Shown: positions 18,530-25,975 of the stretch, piece by piece
Layout of the letters: each line of letters begins with the position of its first letter
How positions within the stretch are numbered: the first letter of the stretch is position 1
From: an uncultured Erysipelotrichaceae bacterium
Lineage (GTDB): Bacteria; Bacillota_I; Bacilli_A; Erysipelotrichales; Erysipelotrichaceae
Reading direction: 5' to 3'
Length of the DNA stretch: 32,000 nt
Assembly: GCA_942493105.1 (NCBI GenBank)
Contig: OW818668.1
Span: 1,560,001 to 1,592,000, forward strand
Made by a program: the position numbers and the translations under genes
The notes under the pieces: generated by a model
The model's input: only the letters and a program-made list of their open reading frames with translations
Databases searched by the model: none
What the model was told of the DNA's origin: nothing

Positions 18530-18536
18530 GAGACCG

Positions 18537-19382
18537 ATGTCACAAGATGGAATCTTACTGGTTTATAAGGAAAAAGGCTTAACTTCCTTCGACCTGGTAA
18601 ATCGTATAAAACGTAGTTTGAAACTTGAAAAAGTCGGACATACAGGTACTTTAGATCCAAATGCTGAAGGTTTAATGTTGGTTTTATTCAATAAAACCAC
18701 CAAAGCAAATCAGTTTCTTGTTCATGATACGAAAGAATATATCGCATCATTAAAATTAGGAATTAAAACAGACACCAAAGATATATGGGGAACCGTAATT
18801 GAAGAACAAACTTTTTCAGTTCCTTCACAAGAAACCATCCTTCGTGTATTCAAACAATTTATGGGTCAACAAGAACAAACAGTACCAATGGTTTCTGCTG
18901 TAAGAGTCAATGGAAAACGTCTGCATGAATATCATCGTGAGGGCATCGAAGTCATCACCCCCAAAAGAGCAATTGAGATTCATGAACTTGAATTATTAAA
19001 AATTGATCAAGACATCACATTTAGAGTCGTATGTGGAAGTGGTACATATATTCGTTCTTTGTGTGAAGATTTGGCAATAGAATTTGGTACTGTGGGTTGT
19101 ATGTCGAGTTTGATACGAACCAAAGTTGGTTCATTTGAACTTAAAGATGCAGTTAAATTCGATCAAGTAGTCGCTGGTGAATATACCTTGATCCCACTTA
19201 AAGATGCTCTACCTTATAAAAAGGTGCATGTCGATAACGTGATTGATATCAAAAATGGTAAAATACTTTCGTTAGAAAAAGATGAAGATTTTTTAATGAT
19301 TATGCATGAGGATGAAGTGTTGGCGATCTACAGTTGGAATGAAAAAAAGGAAGCTTATACAAGTGTGCGAGGTTTATGGTAA
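18537..19382 (+). CDS. truB: tRNA pseudouridine(55) synthase TruB
   Basis: Start chosen at ATG 18537 (MSQDGILLVYKEKGLTSFDLV), which aligns with typical TruB N-termini. Catalytic GHTGTLDP motif. The ORF-track start at 18477 overlaps the divergent gene. Confidence 0.9.
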   Translation: MSQDGILLVYKEKGLTSFDLVNRIKRSLKLEKVGHTGTLDPNAEGLMLVLFNKTTKANQFLVHDTKEYIASLKLGIKTDTKDIWGTVIEEQTFSVPSQETILRVFKQFMGQQEQTVPMVSAVRVNGKRLHEYHREGIEVITPKRAIEIHELELLKIDQDITFRVVCGSGTYIRSLCEDLAIEFGTVGCMSSLIRTKVGSFELKDAVKFDQVVAGEYTLIPLKDALPYKKVHVDNVIDIKNGKILSLEKDEDFLMIMHEDEVLAIYSWNEKKEAYTSVRGLW

Positions 19383-20297
19383 ATGAAAGAATATATTATT
19401 ACAACTGAAAAAGACAGCATCAAAGAACAAAAAATCGTAGGGTGTATCGGTTATTTTGATGGTTTCCATATAGGGCATCAAACCTTATTTAACAAAACCA
19501 TTTTGATTGCCAAACAAAATAATCTCAAGAGTGCCCTGATCACTTTTGATCCTGATCCATGGGTCATACTTAAAGGACTTCATAATATTCAACATGTGAC
19601 AACTTTGAATGATCGTAAAAAGCTAGCTGAAGCTAAAGGTTTTGATATATGGATCACCTTACAGTTTGATATTTCAATGGCTAAACTCAACCCAAATGCA
19701 TTTATAGACTTATTACATAGAAACAATATTGGTCATTTGGTATGTGGCTATGATTTTAGATTTGGTGATAAAGGAGCAGGCGATATCAACACTTTAAAAA
19801 ATCAAAGTTTGATTTCGACCAGCATCATGGAAGAATTTGATTATTTGGATGAAAAAGTATCCACTACTCGTATCATAGATTCCATAAAAGTTGGTGATAT
19901 GGTTTTGGTTAATAAATTGATGGGTCGACCTTATAAAGTATCTGGCATCGTTGTGCATGGTAAACGTATTGGAACTCAGATTGGTTTTCCTACTGCAAAT
20001 TTAAAAGTTGATCAAGAATATGTCATTCCTAAGATCGGTGTCTATGCAGGGTATGCTGCGGTTGATGGAATAAAACATCCAGCCATGATATCAGTAGGGT
20101 ATAACCCAACGGTCAAAGATGATGATTCGATTTCTATTGAGGCCCATCTTTTTGATTATGCCAGCAATCTTTATGGAAAAGAGATGGATTACTATTTTAT
20201 AGACTTTCTTCGTTCAGAAATGAAATTTGCTGATTTGCAAGGATTGATCACACAATTGAAAATAGATGATATGAATGCGCGTAAAATTGTTAAGTAA
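19383..20297 (+). CDS. ribF: Bifunctional riboflavin kinase / FMN adenylyltransferase
   Basis: 304 aa. GYFDGFHIGHQ nucleotidyltransferase motif. C-terminal riboflavin kinase (GFPTANL...EAHLFDY). Starts immediately after the truB stop. Confidence 0.9.
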   Translation: MKEYIITTEKDSIKEQKIVGCIGYFDGFHIGHQTLFNKTILIAKQNNLKSALITFDPDPWVILKGLHNIQHVTTLNDRKKLAEAKGFDIWITLQFDISMAKLNPNAFIDLLHRNNIGHLVCGYDFRFGDKGAGDINTLKNQSLISTSIMEEFDYLDEKVSTTRIIDSIKVGDMVLVNKLMGRPYKVSGIVVHGKRIGTQIGFPTANLKVDQEYVIPKIGVYAGYAAVDGIKHPAMISVGYNPTVKDDDSISIEAHLFDYASNLYGKEMDYYFIDFLRSEMKFADLQGLITQLKIDDMNARKIVK

Positions 20298-20337
20298 CTT
20301 TAGTAATGTAAAAATATGTAAATAATGAAAATAATTG

Positions 20338-20365
20338 TTGCATTTACATTAAAACGATTTATAAT
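20338..20365 (+). promoter_or_regulatory. Promoter of the T-box-controlled ABC operon
   Basis: TTGCAT (20338-20343), 16-nt spacer, TATAAT (20360-20365). Confidence 0.6.
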
Positions 20366-20371
20366 ATGTCC

Positions 20372-20590
20372 CATAAGCTACGAAAAAGAGTAGTACTTAA
20401 GATTCTGCACCCCAGCGACTTGCGTTTGATGGAAGGCAAGATGCGTGACTTAAGGAACGTACTTTGGAGCTGATCTTCACGAAAAGAAAATCCGTAATTC
20501 TGCGTTAAAGATTTGAGTTGCCAAACAATGTTTGGAAATAAGGTGGTACCGCGATCATACGTCCTTTGTTATTAGCAAGGACGTTTTTTA
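20372..20590 (+). promoter_or_regulatory. T-box riboswitch leader, specifier codon CGU (arginine)
   Basis: Stem I with GA/K-turn and AGAGTA, AG bulge AGCGA, and specifier loop GAA-CGT-A (codon 20458-20460). Stem III CCAAAC-AAT-GTTTGG. T-box AAATAAGGTGGTACCGCG (20536-20553). Terminator ACGTCCTT-N10-AAGGACGT plus TTTTT (20559-20589). Confidence 0.9.
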
Positions 20591-20607
20591 TTGAAAAGGG
20601 AGGATCT

Positions 20608-21261
20608 ATGAACATTAATTTTGATAAAATCTGGCCTTATTTGCCTCAGTTTGGGCAAGGGGTTCTTGTTACTTTGCAAGTGGCAGCACTTTCAGCCATC
20701 GGAGGAACACTACTAGGGTTTGCATTGAGTTTAGGCGGACGAAAAGGTTCGCCTGTCAGATGGTTGGTTAAGGGCTTTGTTGATTTCTTCAGAGGGACGC
20801 CTTTGTTGATTCAATTGATCTTCTTCCATATAGGATTACCACAAGTTACAGGTTGGATACCCGATCTGATGACGTCAACCTTAATTGTATTTTCATGTAA
20901 TTCTGGTGCATATCTTTCTGAAATCTTAAGAGCTGGCATAGAAAGCATCGATAAAGGCCAAATCGAAGCTGCTTATGCATTGGGTGTCAAAAGCTATGAC
21001 ATCACTGTCAACATTATCATGCCACAAGCTTTGCGAAATGTTTTACCTGCGATTATGAATGAATTTATTACCTTAGTAAAAGAGACCTCTGTTGTTTCCA
21101 TCATTGGTTTGTCTGATGTCATGCGTAAAACAGGCTTGATTGCTTCAGCAACTTATCGATATTTCGAACCTTATTTTATCACCATGATCATTTACTTGAC
21201 ACTCAACATCATCTTAAGTTTCATTGGGAAGAAACTGGAAAAGGCACTGCGTTATGATTAA
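20608..21261 (+). CDS. Polar amino-acid ABC transporter permease (ArtQ/GlnP-like)
   Basis: 217 aa from ATG 20608 after RBS AAGGGAGGA. The ORF-track TTG start at 20566 lies inside the T-box terminator. EAA loop DKGQIEAAYALGVKSYDITVNIIMPQA. Confidence 0.9.
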   Translation: MNINFDKIWPYLPQFGQGVLVTLQVAALSAIGGTLLGFALSLGGRKGSPVRWLVKGFVDFFRGTPLLIQLIFFHIGLPQVTGWIPDLMTSTLIVFSCNSGAYLSEILRAGIESIDKGQIEAAYALGVKSYDITVNIIMPQALRNVLPAIMNEFITLVKETSVVSIIGLSDVMRKTGLIASATYRYFEPYFITMIIYLTLNIILSFIGKKLEKALRYD

Positions 21262-21976
21262 GCTCATCAATGTATCAAAGAAGTTTAAAGATACTGTTGT
21301 GTTGAAGAATGTTTCGATTGAATTTGAACCCGAAAAGACGTATGCGATCATTGGTTCAAGCGGAGCAGGAAAAAGCACTTTACTTAGATGTATCAATCTG
21401 CTTGAGATCCCAACAAGTGGCTCAGTGATCATCGATAACATTGATTTAGTCAAAGAAAAAGCAAAGTTAAATACAGTTCGGGAAAAAATTGGGATGGTTT
21501 TTCAAAACTTCAATCTGTTTGCGCATATGACTGCCTTACAAAATGTTAAGTTTGCATTAGTTAAAGTTAAGAAGTTTACAGATGAAGAAGCTGAGAGTCA
21601 GGCGATCAAGTATCTTACTGAAGTAGGATTACAGAACCGACTTAACAATTACCCACATCAACTATCAGGCGGTGAAAAACAAAGAGTTGCAATTGCACGA
21701 GCGTTAGCGATGAAACCAATTGCGATGTTGTTTGATGAGCCAACCAGTGCTTTGGATCCTGAGATGACTCAAGAAGTCCTTAAAGTCATCAAAAAACTCA
21801 ACCATATTGGAATGACCAACATTATCGTCACCCATGAAATAAAGTTTGCCCAAGAAGTGGCAGACACTATTATTTTCATGGATAACGCTGAAATCCTTGA
21901 AGTTACTCCATCCCAACAATTCTTTAATCAACCAAAATCTCAAAGGGCAGCTGAATTTCTGTCCAACATGATCTAA
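21254..21976 (+). CDS. Polar amino-acid ABC transporter ATP-binding protein
   Basis: 240 aa from ATG 21254, overlapping the permease stop by 8 nt. Walker [23 protein letters not shown], Walker [12 protein letters not shown]. Confidence 0.9.
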   Translation: MIKLINVSKKFKDTVVLKNVSIEFEPEKTYAIIGSSGAGKSTLLRCINLLEIPTSGSVIIDNIDLVKEKAKLNTVREKIGMVFQNFNLFAHMTALQNVKFALVKVKKFTDEEAESQAIKYLTEVGLQNRLNNYPHQLSGGEKQRVAIARALAMKPIAMLFDEPTSALDPEMTQEVLKVIKKLNHIGMTNIIVTHEIKFAQEVADTIIFMDNAEILEVTPSQQFFNQPKSQRAAEFLSNMI

Positions 21977-21986
21977 AAGGAGAACC

Positions 21987-22748
21987 ATGAAAAAAGTATT
22001 AATTGTAGCCCTTGTGCTCACAACGCTACTGACTGCGTGTCAGACCAAAAAGAAAGATGTGCTTAAGGTATTGGTATCGGCAGATTATCCGCCATATGAA
22101 TCCATTGACGTCAATGGAAAGTTTGTTGGTTTTGATATTGAATTTGGAGAAGCATTAGCGAAAAAACTTAATGTGACCTTTGAATGGGTTGACACATCCT
22201 TTGACGGAATCATCGGAGCGCTTCAGGGTAATACAGGTGATTTGGCCATATCTGGTATGTCAATTACAGCCGAAAGAGAAGAATCTGTTGATTTCTCAAT
22301 TGCTTATAAAGAAGAGTCTGCTTTAGGTGAAACTTTTACAGTTATCTATCTAGCTTCTAAAGGATATGCTTCGATCAATGATCTTGCTGGTAAAAAAGCA
22401 TCTGCCCAAATGGGTACTGTACAGGAATCCGCTTTAAATATGTTGAAAAATGAATTTAGTTTAGTTTTGGATATTCGTAGTAAGTTTGACATCATCGTTC
22501 AGGATATTCTCTTAGGCAGAATTGATTTCTTGGTCATTGATAAAGCTTCGGGTGATGAATTCTTGGCTCAATATCCTGAATTGTCTTCATTTACACTTCA
22601 GCATGCTAGATTAACGGCCATCAATGGGATGGGGGTAGCCATGCCTACCGGTTCAGTTTGGGTCTCTAAAGTCAATGCAGCCATTGAAGCGATGAAAAAA
22701 GATGGAAGTTTGCAAGCATTGATCGATAAATGGTGGCCTGCAGAATAG
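21987..22748 (+). CDS. Amino-acid ABC transporter substrate-binding lipoprotein (family 3 SBP)
   Basis: 253 aa. RBS AAGGAGA. Signal peptide with lipobox LLTAC. SBP_bac_3-like (DYPPYES...GFDIEF...ISGMSIT.ER). Confidence 0.85.
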   Translation: MKKVLIVALVLTTLLTACQTKKKDVLKVLVSADYPPYESIDVNGKFVGFDIEFGEALAKKLNVTFEWVDTSFDGIIGALQGNTGDLAISGMSITAEREESVDFSIAYKEESALGETFTVIYLASKGYASINDLAGKKASAQMGTVQESALNMLKNEFSLVLDIRSKFDIIVQDILLGRIDFLVIDKASGDEFLAQYPELSSFTLQHARLTAINGMGVAMPTGSVWVSKVNAAIEAMKKDGSLQALIDKWWPAE

Positions 22749-22771
22749 ACGTTTTATATCTTTTATGGTTA

Positions 22772-22780
22772 TGCTATAAT
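22772..22780 (+). promoter_or_regulatory. Extended -10 promoter TGcTATAAT upstream of the asp23-like gene
   Basis: TG at 22772-22773, TATAAT at 22775-22780. A 24-nt leader carries a weak SD (AGGT). Confidence 0.5.
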
Positions 22781-22804
22781 AAGTTTAAAGAAAATAGGTA
22801 AACC

Positions 22805-23122
22805 ATGATCAAAATCAGCGACAACGAAAACGGCATCATCGTTCTTAAAAAGGACGTATTCACTTCCATCGCTTATATAAGCGCTTTGGAAGAAAAAGGG
22901 ATTTTGCTTGATAAAGGGACATTTAAAAAACATGTGACCTGTAAAATCCAACAAGGCAAGGTTTCTTTAGGAATCGACGTGAAGATTCGTTATGGACAAA
23001 ATGTACAGAAAACATGTACCAATGTTCAAAATCGAGTTTATAAAGCGATTCATGATATGACTGAGATCGAATGTGAAGTTGTGGATGTTAATGTAATTGG
23101 CTTTAATTTTAACGCCCAATAG
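22805..23122 (+). CDS. Asp23/Gls24-family (alkaline shock protein-like) protein, YqhY-like
   Basis: 105 aa. Its position directly upstream of nusB matches B. subtilis yqhY-nusB. Asp23-like N-terminal pattern (GIIVLKKDVFTSIAYISALE). Confidence 0.7.
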   Translation: MIKISDNENGIIVLKKDVFTSIAYISALEEKGILLDKGTFKKHVTCKIQQGKVSLGIDVKIRYGQNVQKTCTNVQNRVYKAIHDMTEIECEVVDVNVIGFNFNAQ

Positions 23123-23133
23123 GGCGTTTTTTT
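23111..23133 (+). terminator. Intrinsic terminator after the asp23-like gene
   Basis: AACGCCC-AATA-GGGCGTT followed by TTTTTT. The stop codon lies in the loop. Confidence 0.8.
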
Positions 23134-23141
23134 ATGGATTA

Positions 23142-23150
23142 TGTTAAAAT
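23142..23150 (+). promoter_or_regulatory. Extended -10 promoter TGtTAAAAT upstream of nusB
   Basis: TG at 23142-23143, TAAAAT at 23145-23150. Embedded in a box nearly identical to the one upstream of the asp23-like gene. Confidence 0.45.
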
Positions 23151-23172
23151 AGGTAAATGAAAGCAGGGTACT

Positions 23173-23553
23173 ATGATCCGACATAAATTAAGAATCCAAT
23201 TGGTTACATATCTATATCAACATTTATTGCTTGAAAAATCTATCGCGGCCATTATTGTTGATGAAGGCTTAGAACCAACCACTGAGGATCAGGTGTATCT
23301 TTTAAACAATCTCTATAACATTCTGGAAAATAAAGCTGAATATGTTCAGTTCATCACTGAGCATCTCAATTCAGATTGGAAATATGAAAGACTTTTAGCC
23401 ATCGATAGAGCCATTTTATTATGTGCCATCAGCGAATATGCAATCGATGAAGCAGCGCGTGCCATCATCATCAATGAAGCTGTTGAGATTGCTAAAGTGT
23501 ATTCTAGTGAAGACAGTTATGCCTTTATCAATGGAATATTAGATTGTCTATGA
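23173..23553 (+). CDS. nusB: Transcription antitermination factor NusB
   Basis: 126 aa. NusB pattern W.YERLLAIDRAILLCAISEY...INEAVEIAKVY....YAFINGILD. Confidence 0.85.
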   Translation: MIRHKLRIQLVTYLYQHLLLEKSIAAIIVDEGLEPTTEDQVYLLNNLYNILENKAEYVQFITEHLNSDWKYERLLAIDRAILLCAISEYAIDEAARAIIINEAVEIAKVYSSEDSYAFINGILDCL

Positions 23554-24893
23554 GTCAGACTGCTTACTCTGTATCAGAACTTCTTCAATCCATCAAATTT
23601 AACTTGGAAACTCAAGCTATTTTTAAATCATTTTGGTTAAAGGGCGAGATCTCGAATTTTACAGCACATCGTAGTGGACACTGGTATTTTACCTTAAAAG
23701 ATGAAGGTGCTAAGATCTCATGCATCATGTTTGCCAATACGACAATAGGGGTTCATTTTAAACCAAAAGAAGGGGATAAGGTTCTCGTCAAGGCATCTGT
23801 TACAGTTTATCCTCCTCAAGGATCCTTACAAATCAATGTAACTTCGATGTCACTGGATGGTATCGGAGATCTGTTTCTGCAATTTGAGAAACTTAAAAAG
23901 AAACTTTTTGAAGAAGGTTTATTTGAACCCAGTCATAAAAAAAGCCTACCTCTTTATCCAGATAGTATTGGAATCATAACTGGAGCTAAAACAGCAGCCT
24001 TACAAGACATCTTAAAGACATTGAATCTTAGGTGGCCAGGTATCAAAACAACCATCTATGAAAGTTTGGTTCAAGGTGAGTCTGCGGCTTTACAGCTTAT
24101 TGAACGCCTAGAATATGCCGATAAACAACACCATGATGTCTTGATTTTAGCGAGAGGTGGTGGCTCAATTGAAGACCTTTGGGCATTTAACGATGAACGA
24201 TTGGCTAGAACCATCTATCGCTTATCAACCCCGCTTGTATCAGGGATTGGACATGAGGTCGATGTGACCATTGCTGATTATGTGGCAGATGTCAGAGCTG
24301 CAACTCCCACAGCAGCTGCACAAGTTGTTATTCGTGATTTTCGTGAAGTTACAAATGAACTCAATCAAAGCAGACAAATGCTTATAAAATTGGTATATCA
24401 AAAGTTAAATAAGGCTCATCTAGATTTCTCTAATGTTAGACAATATCCAATTTGGTCCAATCCTGAATTATTAACCCAAGACTTAACGATTCACTTAACC
24501 ATGATGACTCAAGGTTTATTCAACTATGCATCTAAAATGAAAACCCATGAGAACCGATTAAAGACACTCAATGAGGCCTTAAGATTTGCTGCATTACAAT
24601 CTATCAGAACTAAAGAAAGTCGCTTAAACAGCCTTAAACACGATGTGTTGTCATCCCTCAAGTCAACCATGGCTTATAAAATGACCACATTTTCTCAAAG
24701 TGTTGGATTACTCAATGCCTATTCACCTTTAAATATCATTGAAAGAGGTTATTCGATTACTTCAAAAAATGGAAATATTATAAGAACACTAAGCGAAGTT
24801 GATATCAATGATAACTTAAGTATTAGAATCAAAGATGGGGAAATCCATACAATGGTAACCCAAAAGGAGTCCTATGGAAAAGAAAAATTTTGA
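23550..24893 (+). CDS. xseA: Exodeoxyribonuclease VII large subunit
   Basis: 447 aa from ATG 23550 (ATGA overlap with the nusB stop). OB-fold N-terminus SVSELL...WLKGEISNFTAHRSGHWYFTLKD. Confidence 0.9.
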   Translation: MSQTAYSVSELLQSIKFNLETQAIFKSFWLKGEISNFTAHRSGHWYFTLKDEGAKISCIMFANTTIGVHFKPKEGDKVLVKASVTVYPPQGSLQINVTSMSLDGIGDLFLQFEKLKKKLFEEGLFEPSHKKSLPLYPDSIGIITGAKTAALQDILKTLNLRWPGIKTTIYESLVQGESAALQLIERLEYADKQHHDVLILARGGGSIEDLWAFNDERLARTIYRLSTPLVSGIGHEVDVTIADYVADVRAATPTAAAQVVIRDFREVTNELNQSRQMLIKLVYQKLNKAHLDFSNVRQYPIWSNPELLTQDLTIHLTMMTQGLFNYASKMKTHENRLKTLNEALRFAALQSIRTKESRLNSLKHDVLSSLKSTMAYKMTTFSQSVGLLNAYSPLNIIERGYSITSKNGNIIRTLSEVDINDNLSIRIKDGEIHTMVTQKESYGKEKF

Positions 24894-25083
24894 AGCTTCA
24901 ATGAAAAGACTGAACGAAATCGTAACTGCACTTGAGAAAAATGAATCAAGTCTGGAACAATCTATTTCATTATTTGAAGAAGGATTGGCACTCGTCAAAG
25001 AATGCGATCTGCAACTCAAAGACTTTGAACAAAAAGTCCAAGAATTAATGAAAACCTATGGCAACTCCAATAACACAGACTAA
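24874..25083 (+). CDS. xseB: Exodeoxyribonuclease VII small subunit
   Basis: 69 aa. FEASMKRLNEIVTALE...LEQSISLFEEGLAL pattern. Overlaps xseA by 20 nt. Confidence 0.85.
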   Translation: MEKKNFEASMKRLNEIVTALEKNESSLEQSISLFEEGLALVKECDLQLKDFEQKVQELMKTYGNSNNTD

Positions 25084-25909
25084 TTTAACTCGTTTCGAGG
25101 AAATCCTGGATTCATTAACCAAAGACCTGCCACAAAGTAAAATAAAAGAAGCTTTAAGATATGCGCTTTTAGGAACAGGGAAACGTTTTCGGCCACAGCT
25201 GGTATTCAGTCTTTTAACAAGTGTTAATGAGAATGCCTTAATGGTTGCGGCTGCCCTTGAGATGATCCATACCTATTCGTTAATCCATGATGATTTGCCA
25301 GCAATGGATAACGATGATCTTAGAAGGGGCAGACCAACCGTTCATAAGGCTTTTGATGAGGCCATTGCAATTTTGGCGGGAGATGCTTTATTGAATTTGG
25401 CTTATGAAACTGTTTTGGAAACAACATTAGAACCCCAAAAGAAATTACTTTGTTTACAAGTCTTAGCTAAGAATGCCGGAATTCACGGTATGATCTTGGG
25501 TCAAGACCAAGATATGTATCCAGAAAACACAAAGGATACCACCATAAAAACAATGTATTTAAATAAAACAGGTAAATTATTAGGTTCTGCTTTGGCTTTG
25601 GGTTGTATTCTTTCTGATCGAGTTGAACTCATTGACTCTTTTCAATCGATTGGTGAAGATTTAGGGGTTATGTTTCAGATCCAAGATGATCTACTAGAAA
25701 TCAATGGTGATTCCATCAAAATCGGTAAATCAAAAGACAGCGATTTAAAAAATGACAAAAAAACATATGTGGTCGTTGCCGGGATTGATAAAGCTATATC
25801 ACAACTTGAGCTTTTATCGATCGATATAAAACAACGTATCCTAATTAAATTGGATCATGCTGAAGCTTTACTTTCACTCATCGATCTTATTAAAAACAGA
25901 AGTTATTAA
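25058..25909 (+). CDS. ispA: Farnesyl/geranylgeranyl diphosphate synthase (short-chain trans-prenyltransferase)
   Basis: 283 aa. First Asp-rich motif DDLPAMDNDDLRRG. Second motif FQIQDDLLE (final Asp replaced by Glu). Position after xseB as in Bacillus. Confidence 0.85.
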   Translation: MATPITQTNLTRFEEILDSLTKDLPQSKIKEALRYALLGTGKRFRPQLVFSLLTSVNENALMVAAALEMIHTYSLIHDDLPAMDNDDLRRGRPTVHKAFDEAIAILAGDALLNLAYETVLETTLEPQKKLLCLQVLAKNAGIHGMILGQDQDMYPENTKDTTIKTMYLNKTGKLLGSALALGCILSDRVELIDSFQSIGEDLGVMFQIQDDLLEINGDSIKIGKSKDSDLKNDKKTYVVVAGIDKAISQLELLSIDIKQRILIKLDHAEALLSLIDLIKNRSY

Positions 25910-25956
25910 AAATAACATGACTTTGAGCAGAAAAACTCAGGAAACAAATCATTTAA

Positions 25957-25964
25957 TGTATAAT
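25957..25964 (+). promoter_or_regulatory. -10 element TGTATAAT upstream of recN
   Basis: TATAAT at 25959-25964, 11 nt before ATG 25976. No SD in between. Confidence 0.4.
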
Positions 25965-25975
25965 CTTAATTAGAT

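Noticed and set aside
18495-18536. 42-bp divergent ttcA-like/truB intergenic region with TATAAT/ATTATA readable on both strands, considered as a shared bidirectional operator
   Set aside because: The sequence is explained by two back-to-back AT-rich -10 elements. There is no extended palindrome beyond the hexamers.
20305-20351. 9-bp inverted repeat TAATGTAAA...TTTACATTA and ATGTAAA direct repeats around the -35 of the T-box promoter. Considered as an ArgR (ARG box) operator or as the ribF terminator.
   Set aside because: The stem is AT-only with a 29-nt loop and no T-run. Manual alignment to the ARG-box consensus TNTGAATWWWWATTCANW matches only the left half. This is likely chance in an AT-rich spacer. 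It is worth a motif scan only if an ArgR gene exists.
21704-22021. 105-aa ORF antisense to the ABC ATPase/SBP junction
   Set aside because: It is embedded in strongly supported coding sequence on the other strand and has no expression signals.
25675-25700. The second Asp-rich motif of IspA reads DDLLE instead of DDxxD
   Set aside because: Asp-to-Glu is a conservative substitution that can still ligate Mg2+. The rest of the protein is intact, and I cannot judge its rarity without an alignment.
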